Part shown: positions 1 through 10,000 of the stretch, in pieces
Numbering within the stretch: position 1 is the first letter of the stretch
Layout: the number at the start of each line of letters is the position of its first letter
Source of the DNA: Eledone cirrhosa
Taxonomy: Eukaryota
Direction: 5' to 3'
DNA length: 64,000 nucleotides
Assembly (NCBI GenBank): GCA_964016885.1
Contig: OZ024742.1
Span: 162,750,001-162,814,000 of the forward strand
The notes under the pieces: model-generated
Told to the model about the DNA's origin: nothing
Databases searched by the model: none
The model's input: the letters and a program-made list of their open reading frames with translations, nothing else
Made by a program: the position numbers and the translations under genes

Positions 1-65
1 ATTTTTTTTACAAATTATCTCCCCCTGATATTTTTTACAAATTATCTCCCCCTGATTTTTTTAGA

Positions 66-304
66 AATTATCTCCCCTTGGCTGGCTGGAAATTATCTCC
101 CCTTGGAGGCTGGAATTTATCTCCACTTGGACGGCTAGAAATTACCTCGCCTTGGACGGCTGGAAAATATGTCTCCTTGGACGGCTGGAAATTATCTCCC
201 CTTGGACGGCTGGAAATTATCTCCCCTTGGACGGCTGGAAATTATCTCCCCTTGGACGGCTAGATATTACCTCCCCTTGGACGGCTGGAAATTATCTCCC
301 CTTG
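66..304 (+). repeat. Module M1 (example): long run of 9 A-type monomers with a fixed order of variants
   Basis: Order: GCTGGCTGG, GAGGCTGG+AATTTAT (24 bp), GACGGCTAG+AAATTACCTC, AAAATATGTCTCC, plain units, GACGGCTAG+ATATTACC, then a B run. It recurs dozens of times, seen as 'MAGWKLSPLGGWNLSPLGRLE' in the ORF track (78, 1434, 2004, 2751, 3291, 6867, 7278 ...). Confidence 0.93.
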
Positions 305-344
305 ATTTTTTTTACAATTTATCTCCCCCTGATTTTTTTTTACA

Positions 345-525
345 AATTATCTCCGCCTGATTTTTTTTTAAAAATTATCTCCCCTTGAACGGCTGGAAAT
401 TATCTCCCCTTGGACGGCTGGAAATTATCTCCCCTTGGACGGCTAGAAATTACCTCTCCTTGGACGGCTGAAAATTATCTCCCCTTGGACGGCTGCAAAT
501 TATCTCCCCTTGATTTTTTAACAAA
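345..525 (+). repeat. Module M4 (example): 5 A-type monomers opening with TTGAACGGCTGG and closing with GACGGCTGC, followed by T6-7-AACAAA
   Basis: The same variant string occurs near 7640, 11775, 13935, 23068, 26658, 32211, 38182, 43501, 46069, 53296 and 57431. Confidence 0.9.
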
Positions 526-740
526 TTATCTCCCCCTGATTTTTTTTTACAAATTATCTCCCCCTGATTTTTTTTTACAAATTATCTACGCCTAATTTTT
601 TTTACAAATTATCTCCCCCTGATTTTTTTTTACAAATTATCTCCCCCTGATTTTTTTTACAAATTATCTCCCCCTGATTTTTTTTTACAAATTATTTCCC
701 CCTGATTTTTTTACAAATTATCTCCCCCCTGATTTTTTTT

Positions 741-945
741 ACAATCTCCGCCTGATTTTTTTAAAAATTATCTTCCCTTGGCTGGCGGGAAATTATCTCC
801 CCTTGGACGGCTGGAAATTATATCCCCTTGGAAGGATGGAAATTATCTCCCCTTGGACGGCTGGAAATTATCTCCCCTTGGACGGCTGGAAATTATCTCC
901 CCTTGGACAGCTGGAAATTATCTGCCCTTGATTTTGTTTTTACAA
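741..945 (+). repeat. Module M3 (example): truncated B unit ACAATCTCCGCC, then 6 A-type monomers (GCTGGCGGG, TATATCCCC, GAAGGATGG, GACAGCTGG) ending CTGCCCTTGATTTTGTTTTTAC
   Basis: Recurs at ORF-track positions 778, 12167, 13205, 14329, 16701, 17712, 20851, 23377, 24365, 27447, 32604, 34815, 37190, 38575, 43894, 46462 and 57823. Confidence 0.92.
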
Positions 946-1155
946 ATTATCTCCCCCTGATTTTTTTTACAAATTATCTCCACCTGATTTTTAAAAAAAT
1001 TATCTCCCCTTGGACGGCTGGAAATTATCTCCCCTTGATTTTTTTACAAATTATCTCCCCCTGATTTTTTTTACAAATTATCTCCCCCTGATTTTTTTTT
1101 ACAAATTATCTCCCCCTGATTTTTTTACAAATTATCTCCCCCTGATTTTTTTTAC

Positions 1156-1272
1156 AAATTATCTCCGCCTGATTTTTTTAAATATTATCTTCCCTTGGCT
1201 GGCGGGAAATTATCTCCCCTTGGACGGCTGAAAATTATCTCCCCTTGGACGGCTGGAAATTATCTCCCCTTG
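1156..1272 (+). repeat. Module M2 (example): CCGCCT(G/A)A-T7-AAATATTATCTTCCCTTG followed by 3 A-type monomers (GCTGGCGGG, GACGGCTGA, GACGGCTGG)
   Basis: A very frequent short module (e.g. ~1780, 2550, 3090, 5195, 6670, 8385, 9615, 10595, 11190), usually followed by a B run and then M1. Confidence 0.92.
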
Positions 1273-2329
1273 ATTTTTTTTACAAATTATCTCCCCCTGA
1301 TTTTTTTTTACAAATTATCTCCCCCTGATTTTTTTTTACAAATTATCTCCCCCTGATTTTTTTTTACAAATTATCTGCGCCTGATTTTTTTTACAAATTA
1401 TCTCCCCCTGATTTTTTTACAAATTATCTCCCCTTGGCTGGCTGGAAATTATCTCCCCTTGGAGGCTGGAATTTATCTCCCCTTGGACGGCTAGAAATTA
1501 CCTCTCCTTGGACGGCTGGAAAATATTTCTCCTTGGACGGCTGGATATTATCTACACTTGGACGGGTGGAAATTATCTCCCCTTGGACGGCTGGAAATTA
1601 TCTCCCCTTGGACGGCTAGATATTACCTCCCCTTGGACGGCTGGAAATTATCTCCCCATGATTTTTTTTACAAATTATCTCCCCCTGATTTTTTTTTTAC
1701 AAATTATCTCCCCCTGATTTTTTTACAAATTATCTCCCCCTGATTTTTTTTACAAATTATCTCCGCCTGATTTTTTTAAATATTATCTTCCCTTGGCTGG
1801 CGGGAAATTATCTCCCCTTGGACGGCTGAAAATTATCTCCCCTTGGACGGCTGGAAATTATCTCCCCTTGATTTTTTTTACAAATTATCTCCCCCTGATT
1901 ATTTTTTACAAATTATCTTTCCCTGATTTTTTTTTACAAATTATCTCCCCCTGATTTTTTTAAAAAATTATCTCCCCCTGATTTTTTTACAAATTATCTC
2001 CCCTTGGCTGGCTGGAAATTATCTCCCCTTGGAGGCTGGAATTTATCTCCCCTTGGACGGCTGGAAATTATCTCTCCTTGGACGGCTAGAAATTACCTCT
2101 CCTTGGACGGCTGGAAAATATGTCTCGTTGGACGGCTGGAAATTATCTCCCCTTGGACGGCTGGAAATTATCTCCCCTTGGACGGCTGGAAATTATCTCT
2201 CCTTGGACGGCTAGAAATTACCTCTCCTTGGACGGCTGAAAATTATCTCTCCTTGGACGGCTGGAAATTATCTCCCCTTGATTTTTGTTACAAATTATCT
2301 CCCCCTGATTTTTTTATACAAATTATCTC

Positions 2330-3557
2330 CCCTTGGACGGCTGGAAATTATCTCCCCTTGGACGGCTGGAAATTATCTCCCCTTGGACGGCTAGATATTA
2401 CCTCCCCTTGGACGGCTGGAAATTATCTCCCCTTGATTTTTTTTACAAATTATCTCCCCCTGATTTTTTTTACAAATTATCTCCACCTGATTTTTTTACA
2501 AATTATCTCCCCCTGATTTTTTTTACAAATTATCTCCGCCTAATTTTTTTAAATATTATCTTCCCTTGGCTGGCGGGAAATTATCTCCCCTTGGACGGCT
2601 GAAAATTATCTCCCCTTGGACGGCTGGAAATTATCTCCCCTTGATTTTTTATACAAATTATCTCCCCCTGATTTTTTTTTACAAATTATCTCCCCCTGAT
2701 TTTTTTTTACAAATTATCTCCCCCTGATTTTTTTTACAAATTATCTCCCCTTGGCTGGCTGGAAATTATCTCCCCTTGGAGGCTGGAATTTATCTCCCCT
2801 TGGACGGCTAGAAATTACCTCTCCTTGGACGGCTGGAAAATATGTCCTTGGACGGCTGGATATTATCTACCCTTGGACGGCTGGAAATTATCTCCCCTTG
2901 GACGGCTGGAAATTATCTCCCCTTGGACGGCTAGATATTACCTCCCCTTGGACGGCTGGAAATTATCTCCCCTTGATTTTTTTTACAAATTATCTCCCCC
3001 TGATTTTTTTTACAAATTATCTCCACCTGATTTTTTTACAAATTATCTCCCCCTGATTTTTTTTACAAATTATCTCCGCCTAATTTTTTTAAATATTATC
3101 TTCCCTTGGCTGGCGGGAAATTATCTCCCCTTGGACGGCTGAAAATTATCTCCCCTTGGACGGCTGGAAATTATCTCCCCTTGATTTTTTATACAAATTA
3201 TCTCCCCCTGATTTTTTTTTACAAATTATCTCCCCCTGATTTTTTTTTACAAATTATCTCCCCCTGATTTTTTTTACAAATTATCTCCCCTTGGCTGGCT
3301 GGAAATTATCTCCCCTTGGAGGCTGGAATTTATCTCCCCTTGGACGGCTAGAAATTACCTCTCCTTGGACGGCTGGAAAATATGTCCTTGGACGGCTGGA
3401 TATTATCTACCCTTGGACGGCTGGAAATTATCTCCCCTTGGACGGCTGGAAATTATCTCCCCTTGGACGGCTAGATATTACCTCCCCTTGGACGGCTGGA
3501 AATTATCTCCCCTTGATTTTTTTTACAAATTATCTCCCCCTGATTTTTTTTACAAAT
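2330..3557 (+). repeat. 540-bp tandem duplication (~2.3 copies); repeated at ~48014-49241
   Basis: Printed lines 2341-2821 match lines 2881-3361, and 2881/2941 match 3421/3481. The private marker GATTTTTTATAC occurs at ~2643 and ~3183, and ORFs at 2751 and 3291 are offset by 540. Confidence 0.93.
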
Positions 3558-3960
3558 CTAATGATTTTTTAAAAAAAATTATCTCCCCTTCGCTGGCTGG
3601 AAATTATCTCCCCTTCGCTGGCTGGAAATTATCTCCCCTTGGACGCTGGAAATTATAGCCCCTTGGAGGGCTGGAAATTATCTTCCCTTGGACGGCTGGA
3701 ATTATCTCCCCTTGGCTCGAAATTATCTCCCCTTGGACGGCTAGAAATTATCTCTCTTTGGACGGCTGGAAATTATCTCCCTTTGATTTTTTTTACAAAT
3801 TATCTCCCCCGATTTTTTTTAAAAATCTCCCCCTGATTATTTAAAAAAAATTATCTCCCCTTCGCTGGCTGGAAATTATCTCCCCTTGGACACTGGAAAT
3901 TATAGCCCCTTGGAGGGCTGGAAATTATCTCCCCTTGGACGGCTAGAAATTACCTCTCAT
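3555..3960 (+). repeat. Module M5 (example): most diverged module, with AAATCTAATGA, TTCGCTGGCTGG, GACGCTGG/GACACTGG, AAATTATAGCCCC, GAGGGCTGG and 21-bp GGCTCG monomers
   Basis: Full or partial copies at ~17960-18200, 29630-30010, 34330-34450, 35070-35200, 40660-41040, 49240-49640, 59907-60240 and 63507-63890. Confidence 0.9.
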
Positions 3961-3999
3961 TGGACGGCTGAAAATTATCTCCCCTTGGACGGCTGGAAA

Positions 4000-6900
4000 T
4001 TATCTCCCCTTGATTTTTTTTACAAATTATCTCCCCCTGATTTTTTTTTACAAATTATCTCCCCCTGATTTTTTTTTTACAAATTATCTCCGCCTGATTT
4101 TTTTTTTAAATTATCTCTCCTTGGACGGCTGGATATTATCTCCCCTTTCATTTTTTTTACAAATTATCTCCCCCTGATTTTTTTTTACAAATTATCTCCC
4201 CCTGATTTTTTTTTACAAATTATCTACCCCTAATTTTTTTTTACAAATTATCTCCCCCTGATTTTTTTTACAAATTATCTCCCCCTGATTTTTTTTTTAG
4301 AAATTATCTCCCCCTGATTTTTTTACAAATTATCTCTCCCTGATTTTTTTTACAAATTATCTCCGCCTGATTTTTTTAAATATTATCTACTCTTGGCTGG
4401 CGGGAATTTATCTCCCCTTGGACGGCTGAAAATTATCTCCCCTTGGACGGCTGGAAATTATCTCCCCTTGATTTTTTTTACAAATTATCTCCCCCTGATT
4501 TTTTTTTACAAATTATCTCCCCCTGATTTTTTTTTACAAATTATCTCCCCCTGATTTTTTTTTACAAATTATCTCCCCCTGATTTTTTTTACAAATTATC
4601 TCCCCCTGATTTTTTTACAAATTATCTCCCCTTGGCTGACTGGAAATTATCTCCCCTTGGAGGCTGGAATTTATCTCCCCTTGGACGGCTAGAAATTACC
4701 TCTCCTTGGACGGCTGGAAAATATGTCCTTGGACGGCTGGATATTATCTACCCTTGGACGGCTGGAAATTATCTCCCCTTGGACGGCTGGAAATTATCTC
4801 CCCTTGGACGGCTAGATATTACCTCCCCTTGGACGGCTGGAAATTATCTCCCCTTGATTTTTTTTACAAATTATCTCCCCCTGATTTTTTTTTACAAATT
4901 ATCTCCCCCTGATTTTTTTTTACAAATTATCTACCCCTGATTTTTTTTTACAAATTATCTCCCCCTCATTTTTTTTACAAATTATCTCTCCCTGATTTTT
5001 TTTTACAAATTATCTCCCCCTGATTTTTTTTTACAAATTATCTACCCCTGATTTTTTTTTACAAATTATCTCCACCTGATTTTTTTTACAAATTATCTCC
5101 CCCTGATTTTTTTTACAAATTATCTCCCCCTGATTTTTTTACAAATTATCTCCTCCCGATTTTTTTTACAAATTATCTCCGCCTAATTTTTTTAAATATT
5201 ATCTTCCCTTGGCTGGCGGGAAATTATCTCCCCTTGGACGGCTGAAAATTATCTCCCCTTGGACGGCTGGAAATTATCTCCCCTTGATTTTTTTACAAAT
5301 TATCTCCCCCTGATTATTTTTTACAAATTATCTCCCCCTGATTTTTTTTTACAAATTATCTCCCTCTGATTTTTTTTACAAATTATCTCCCCTTGGCTGG
5401 CTGGAAATTATCTCCCCTTGGAGGCTGGAATTTATCTCCCCTTGGACGGTTAGAAATTACCTCTCCTTGGACTGCTGGAAAATATGTCTCCTTGGACGGC
5501 TGGAAATTATCTCCCCTTGGACGGCTGGAAATTATCTCCCCTTGATTTTTTTTACAAATTATCTCCCCCTGATTTTTTTTTACAAATTATCTCCCCCTGA
5601 TTTTTTTTTTACAAATTATCTCCGCCTGATTTTTTTTAAAAATTATCTCTCCTTGGACGGCTGGATATTATCTCCCCTTTCATTTTTTTTACAAATTATC
5701 TCCCCCTGATTTTTTTTTACAAATTATCTACCCCTAATTTTTTTTTACAAATTATCTCCCCCTGATTTTTTTTACAAATTATCTCCCCCTGATTTTTTTA
5801 CAAATTATCTCCCCCTGATTTTTTTTACAAATTATCTCCGCCTGATTTTTTTAAATATTATCTTCTCTTGGCTGGCGGGAAATTATCTCCCCTTGGACGG
5901 CTGAAAATGATCTCCCCTTGGACGGCTGGAAATTATCTCCCCTTGATTTTTTTTACAAATTATCTCCCCCTGATTTTTTTTTACAAATTATCTCCCCCTG
6001 ATTTTTTTTACAAATTATCTCCCCCTGATTTTTTTTTACAAATTATCTCCCCCTGATTTTTTTTACAAATTATCTCCCCCTGATTTTTTTACAAATTATC
6101 TCCCCTTGGCTGACTGGAAATTATCTCCCCTTGGAGGCTGGAATTTATCTCCCCTTGGACGGCTAGAAATTACCTCTCCTTGGACGGCTGGAAAATATGT
6201 CCTTGGACGGCTGGATATTATCTACCCTTGGACGGCTGGAAATTATCTCCCCTTGGACGGCTGGAAATTATCTCCCCTTGGACGGCTAGATATTACCTCC
6301 CCTTGGACGGCTGGAAATTATCTCCCCTTGATTTTTTTTACAAATTATCTCCCCCTGATTTTTTTTTACAAATTATCTCCCCCTGATTTTTTTTTACAAA
6401 TTATCTACCCCTGATTTTTTTTTACAAATTATCTCCCCCTGATTTTTTTTACAAATTATCTCTCCCTGATTTTTTTTTACAAATTATCTCCCCCTGATTT
6501 TTTTTTACAAATTATCTACCCCTGATTTTTTTTTACAAATTATCTCCCCCTGATTTTTTTTACAAATTATCTCCCCCTGATTTTTTTTACAAATTATCTC
6601 CCCCTGATTTTTTTACAAATTATCTCCCCCCGATTTTTTTTACAAATTATCTCCGCCTAATTTTTTTAAATATTATCTTCCCTTGGCTGGCGGGAAATTA
6701 TCTCCCCTTGGACGGCTGAAAATTATCTCCCCTTGGACGGCTGGAAATTATCTCCCCTTGATTTTTTTACAAATTATCTCCCCCTGATTATTTTTTACAA
6801 ATTATCTCCCCCTGATTTTTTTTTACAAATTATCTCCCTCTGATTTTTTTTACAAATTATCTCCCCTTGGCTGGCTGGAAATTATCTCCCCTTGGAGGCT

Positions 6901-7010
6901 GGAATTTATCTCCCCTTGGACGGTTAGAAATTACCTCTCCTTGGACTGCTGGAAAATATGTCTCCTTGGACGGCTGGAAATTATCTCCCCTTGGACGGCT
7001 GGAAATTATC
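4000..7010 (+). repeat. Imperfect ~1474-bp tandem duplication; repeated at ~49700-52670
   Basis: The private variant GGCTGACTGG occurs at ~4634 and ~6108. ORF pairs 4632/6106, 4706/6180 and 5467/6941 are all offset by 1474. Confidence 0.82.
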
Positions 7011-10000
7011 TCCCTTTGGACGGCTGGAAATTATCTCTCCTCGGACGACTAGAAATTACCTCTCCTTGGACAGCTGAAAATTATCTCCCCTTGGACGGCT
7101 GGAAATTATCTCCCCTTGATTTTTTTTACAAATTATCTCCCCTGATTTTTTTTTACAAATTATCTCCCCCTGATTTTTTTTTACAAATTATCTCCCCCTG
7201 ATTTTTTTTACAAATTATCTCCCCCTGATATTTTTTACAAATTATCTCCCCCTGATTTTTTTACAAATTATCTCCCCTTGGCTGGCTGGAAATTATCTCC
7301 CCTTGGAGGCTGGAATTTATCTCCCCTTGGACGGCTAGAAATTACCTCGCCTTGGACGGCTGGAAAATATGTCTCCTTGGACGGCTGGAAATTATCTCCC
7401 CTTGGACGGCTGGAAATTATCTCCCCTTGGACGGCTGGAAATTATCTCCCCTTGGACGGCTAGATATTACCTCCCCTTGGACGGCTGGAAATTATCTCCC
7501 CTTGATTTTTTTACAAATTATCTCCCCCTGATTTTTTTTTACAAATTATATCCCCCTGATTTTTTTTTACGAATCATCTCCCCCTGATTTTTTTTTACAA
7601 ATTATCTCCGCCTGATTTTTTTTTTAAAATTATCTCCCCTTGAACGGCTGGAAATTATCTCCCCTTGGACGGCTGGAAATTATCTCCCCTTGGACGGCTA
7701 GAAATTACCTCTCCTTGGACGGCTGAAAATTATCTCCCCTTGGACGGCTGCAAATTATCTCCCCTTGATTTTTTAACAAATTATCTCCCCCTGATTTTTT
7801 TTTACAAATTATCTCCCCCTGATTTTTTTTTACAAATTATCTACGCCTAATTTTTTTACAAATTATCTCCCCCTGATTTTTTTTTACAAATTATCTCCCC
7901 CTGATTTTTTTTACAAATTATCTCCCCCTGATTTTTTTTTACAAATTATTTCCCCCTGATTTTTTTACAAATTATCTCCCCTCTGATTTTTTTTACAATC
8001 TCCGCCTGATTTTTTTAAAAATTATCTTCCCTTGGCTGGCGGGAAATTATCTCCCCTTGGACGGCTGGAAATTATATCCCCTTGGACGGCTGGAAATTAC
8101 CTCCCCTTGGACAGCTGGAAATTATCTGCCCTTGATTTTGTTTTTACAAATTATCTCCCCCTGATTTTTTTTACAAATTATCTCCACCTGATTTTTTAAA
8201 AAATTATCTCCCCTTGGACGGCTGGAAATTATCTCCCCTTGATTTTTTTACAAATTATCTCCTCCTGATTTTTTTTACAAATTATCTCCCCCTGATTTTT
8301 TTTTTACAAATTCTCTCCCCCTGATTTTTTTACAAATTATCTCCCCCTGATTTTTTTTACAAATTATCTCCGCCTGATTTTTTTAAATATTATCTTCCCT
8401 TGGCTGGCGGGAAATTATCTCCCCTTGGACGGCTGAAAATTATCTCCCCTTGGACGGCTGGAAATTATCTCCCCTTGATTTTTTTTACAAATTATCTCCC
8501 CTTGGCTGGCTGGAAATTATCTCCCCTTGGAGGCTGGAATTTATCTCCCCTTGGACGGCTAGAAATTACCTCTCCTTGGACGGCTGGAAAATATTTCTCC
8601 TTGGACGGCTGGATATTATCTACCCTTGGACGGGTGGAAATTATCTCCCCTTGGACGGCTGGAAATTATCTCCCCTTGGACGGCTAGATATTACCTCCCC
8701 TTGGACGGCTGGAAATTATCTCCCCTTGATTTTTTTTACAAATTATCTCCCCCTGATTTTTTTTTTACAAATTATCTCCCCCTGATTTTTTTACAAATTA
8801 TCTCCCCCTGATTTTTTTTACAAATTATCTCCGCCTGATTTTTTTAAATATTATCTTCTCTTGGCTGGCGGGAAATTATCTCCCCTTGGACGGCTGAAAA
8901 TTATCTCCCCTTGGACGGCTGGAAATTATCTCCCCTTGATTTTTTTTACAAGTTATCTCCCCCTGATTTTTTTTTACAAATTATCTCCCCCTGATTTTTT
9001 TTTACAAATTATCTCCCCCTGATTTTTTTTTACAAATTATCTCCCCCTGATTTTTTTTACAAATTATCTCCCCCTGATTTTTTTACAAATTATCTCCCCT
9101 TAGCTGGCTGGAAATTATCTCCCCTTGGAGGCTGGAATTTATCTCCCCTTGGACGGCTAGAAATTACCTCTCCTTGGACGGCTGGAAAATATGTCCTTGG
9201 ACGGCTGGATATTATCTACCCTTGGACGGCTAGATATTAGCTCCCCTTGGACGGCTGGAAATTATCTCCCCTTGATTTTTTTTACAAATTATCTCCCCCT
9301 GATTTTTTTTTACAAATTATCTCCCCCTGATTTTTTTTTACAAATTATCTACCCCTGATTTTTTTTTACAAATTATCTCCCCCTGATTCTTTTTACAAAT
9401 TATCTCTCCCTGATTTTTTTTTACAAATTATCTCCCCCTGAATTTTTTTTACAAATTATCTACCCCTGATTTTTTTTTACAAATTATCTCCCCCTGATTT
9501 TTTTTACAAATTATCTCCCCCTGATTTTTTTTACAAATTATCTCCCCCTGATTTTTTTACAAATTATCTCCCCCCGATTTTTTTTACAAATTATCTCCGC
9601 CTAATTTTTTTAAATATTATCTTCCCTTGGCTGGCGGGAAATTATCTCCCCTTGGACGGCTGAAAATTATCTCCCCTTGGACGGCTGGAAATTATCTCCC
9701 CTTGATTTTTTTACAAATTATCTCCCCCTGATTATTTTTTACAAATTATCTCCCCCTGATTTTTTTTTACAAATTATCTCCCTCTGATTTTTTTTACAAA
9801 TTATCTCCCCTTGGCTGGCTGGAAATTATCTCCCCTTGGAGGCTGGAATTTATCTCCCCTTGGACGGTTAGAAATTACCTCTCCTTGGACTGCTGGAAAA
9901 TATGTCTCCTTGGACGGCTGGAAATTATCTCCCCTGGGACGGCTGGAAATTATCTCCCCTTGGACGGCTGGAAATTATCTCTCCTCGGACGACTAGAAAT

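Noticed and set aside
500-770. Intrinsic terminators or Pol III transcription units suggested by T tracts
   Set aside because: There is no GC hairpin before the T tracts and no A/B-box or tRNA-like structure; the tracts are simply the B linker.
900-915. Strong CpG-deamination signature (GACAG, GATGG variants)
   Set aside because: Most A units keep their CpG, the few transitions are amplified copies of a small number of events, and transversions (GACTG, GAAGG, GAGGG) are also present. Methylation cannot be inferred by eye.
4857-5195. G-quadruplex / i-motif array from G4-5 and C4-5 tracts
   Set aside because: The tracts are separated by ~21-24-nt loops, far longer than in typical stable intramolecular G4s. 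There is no supporting evidence.
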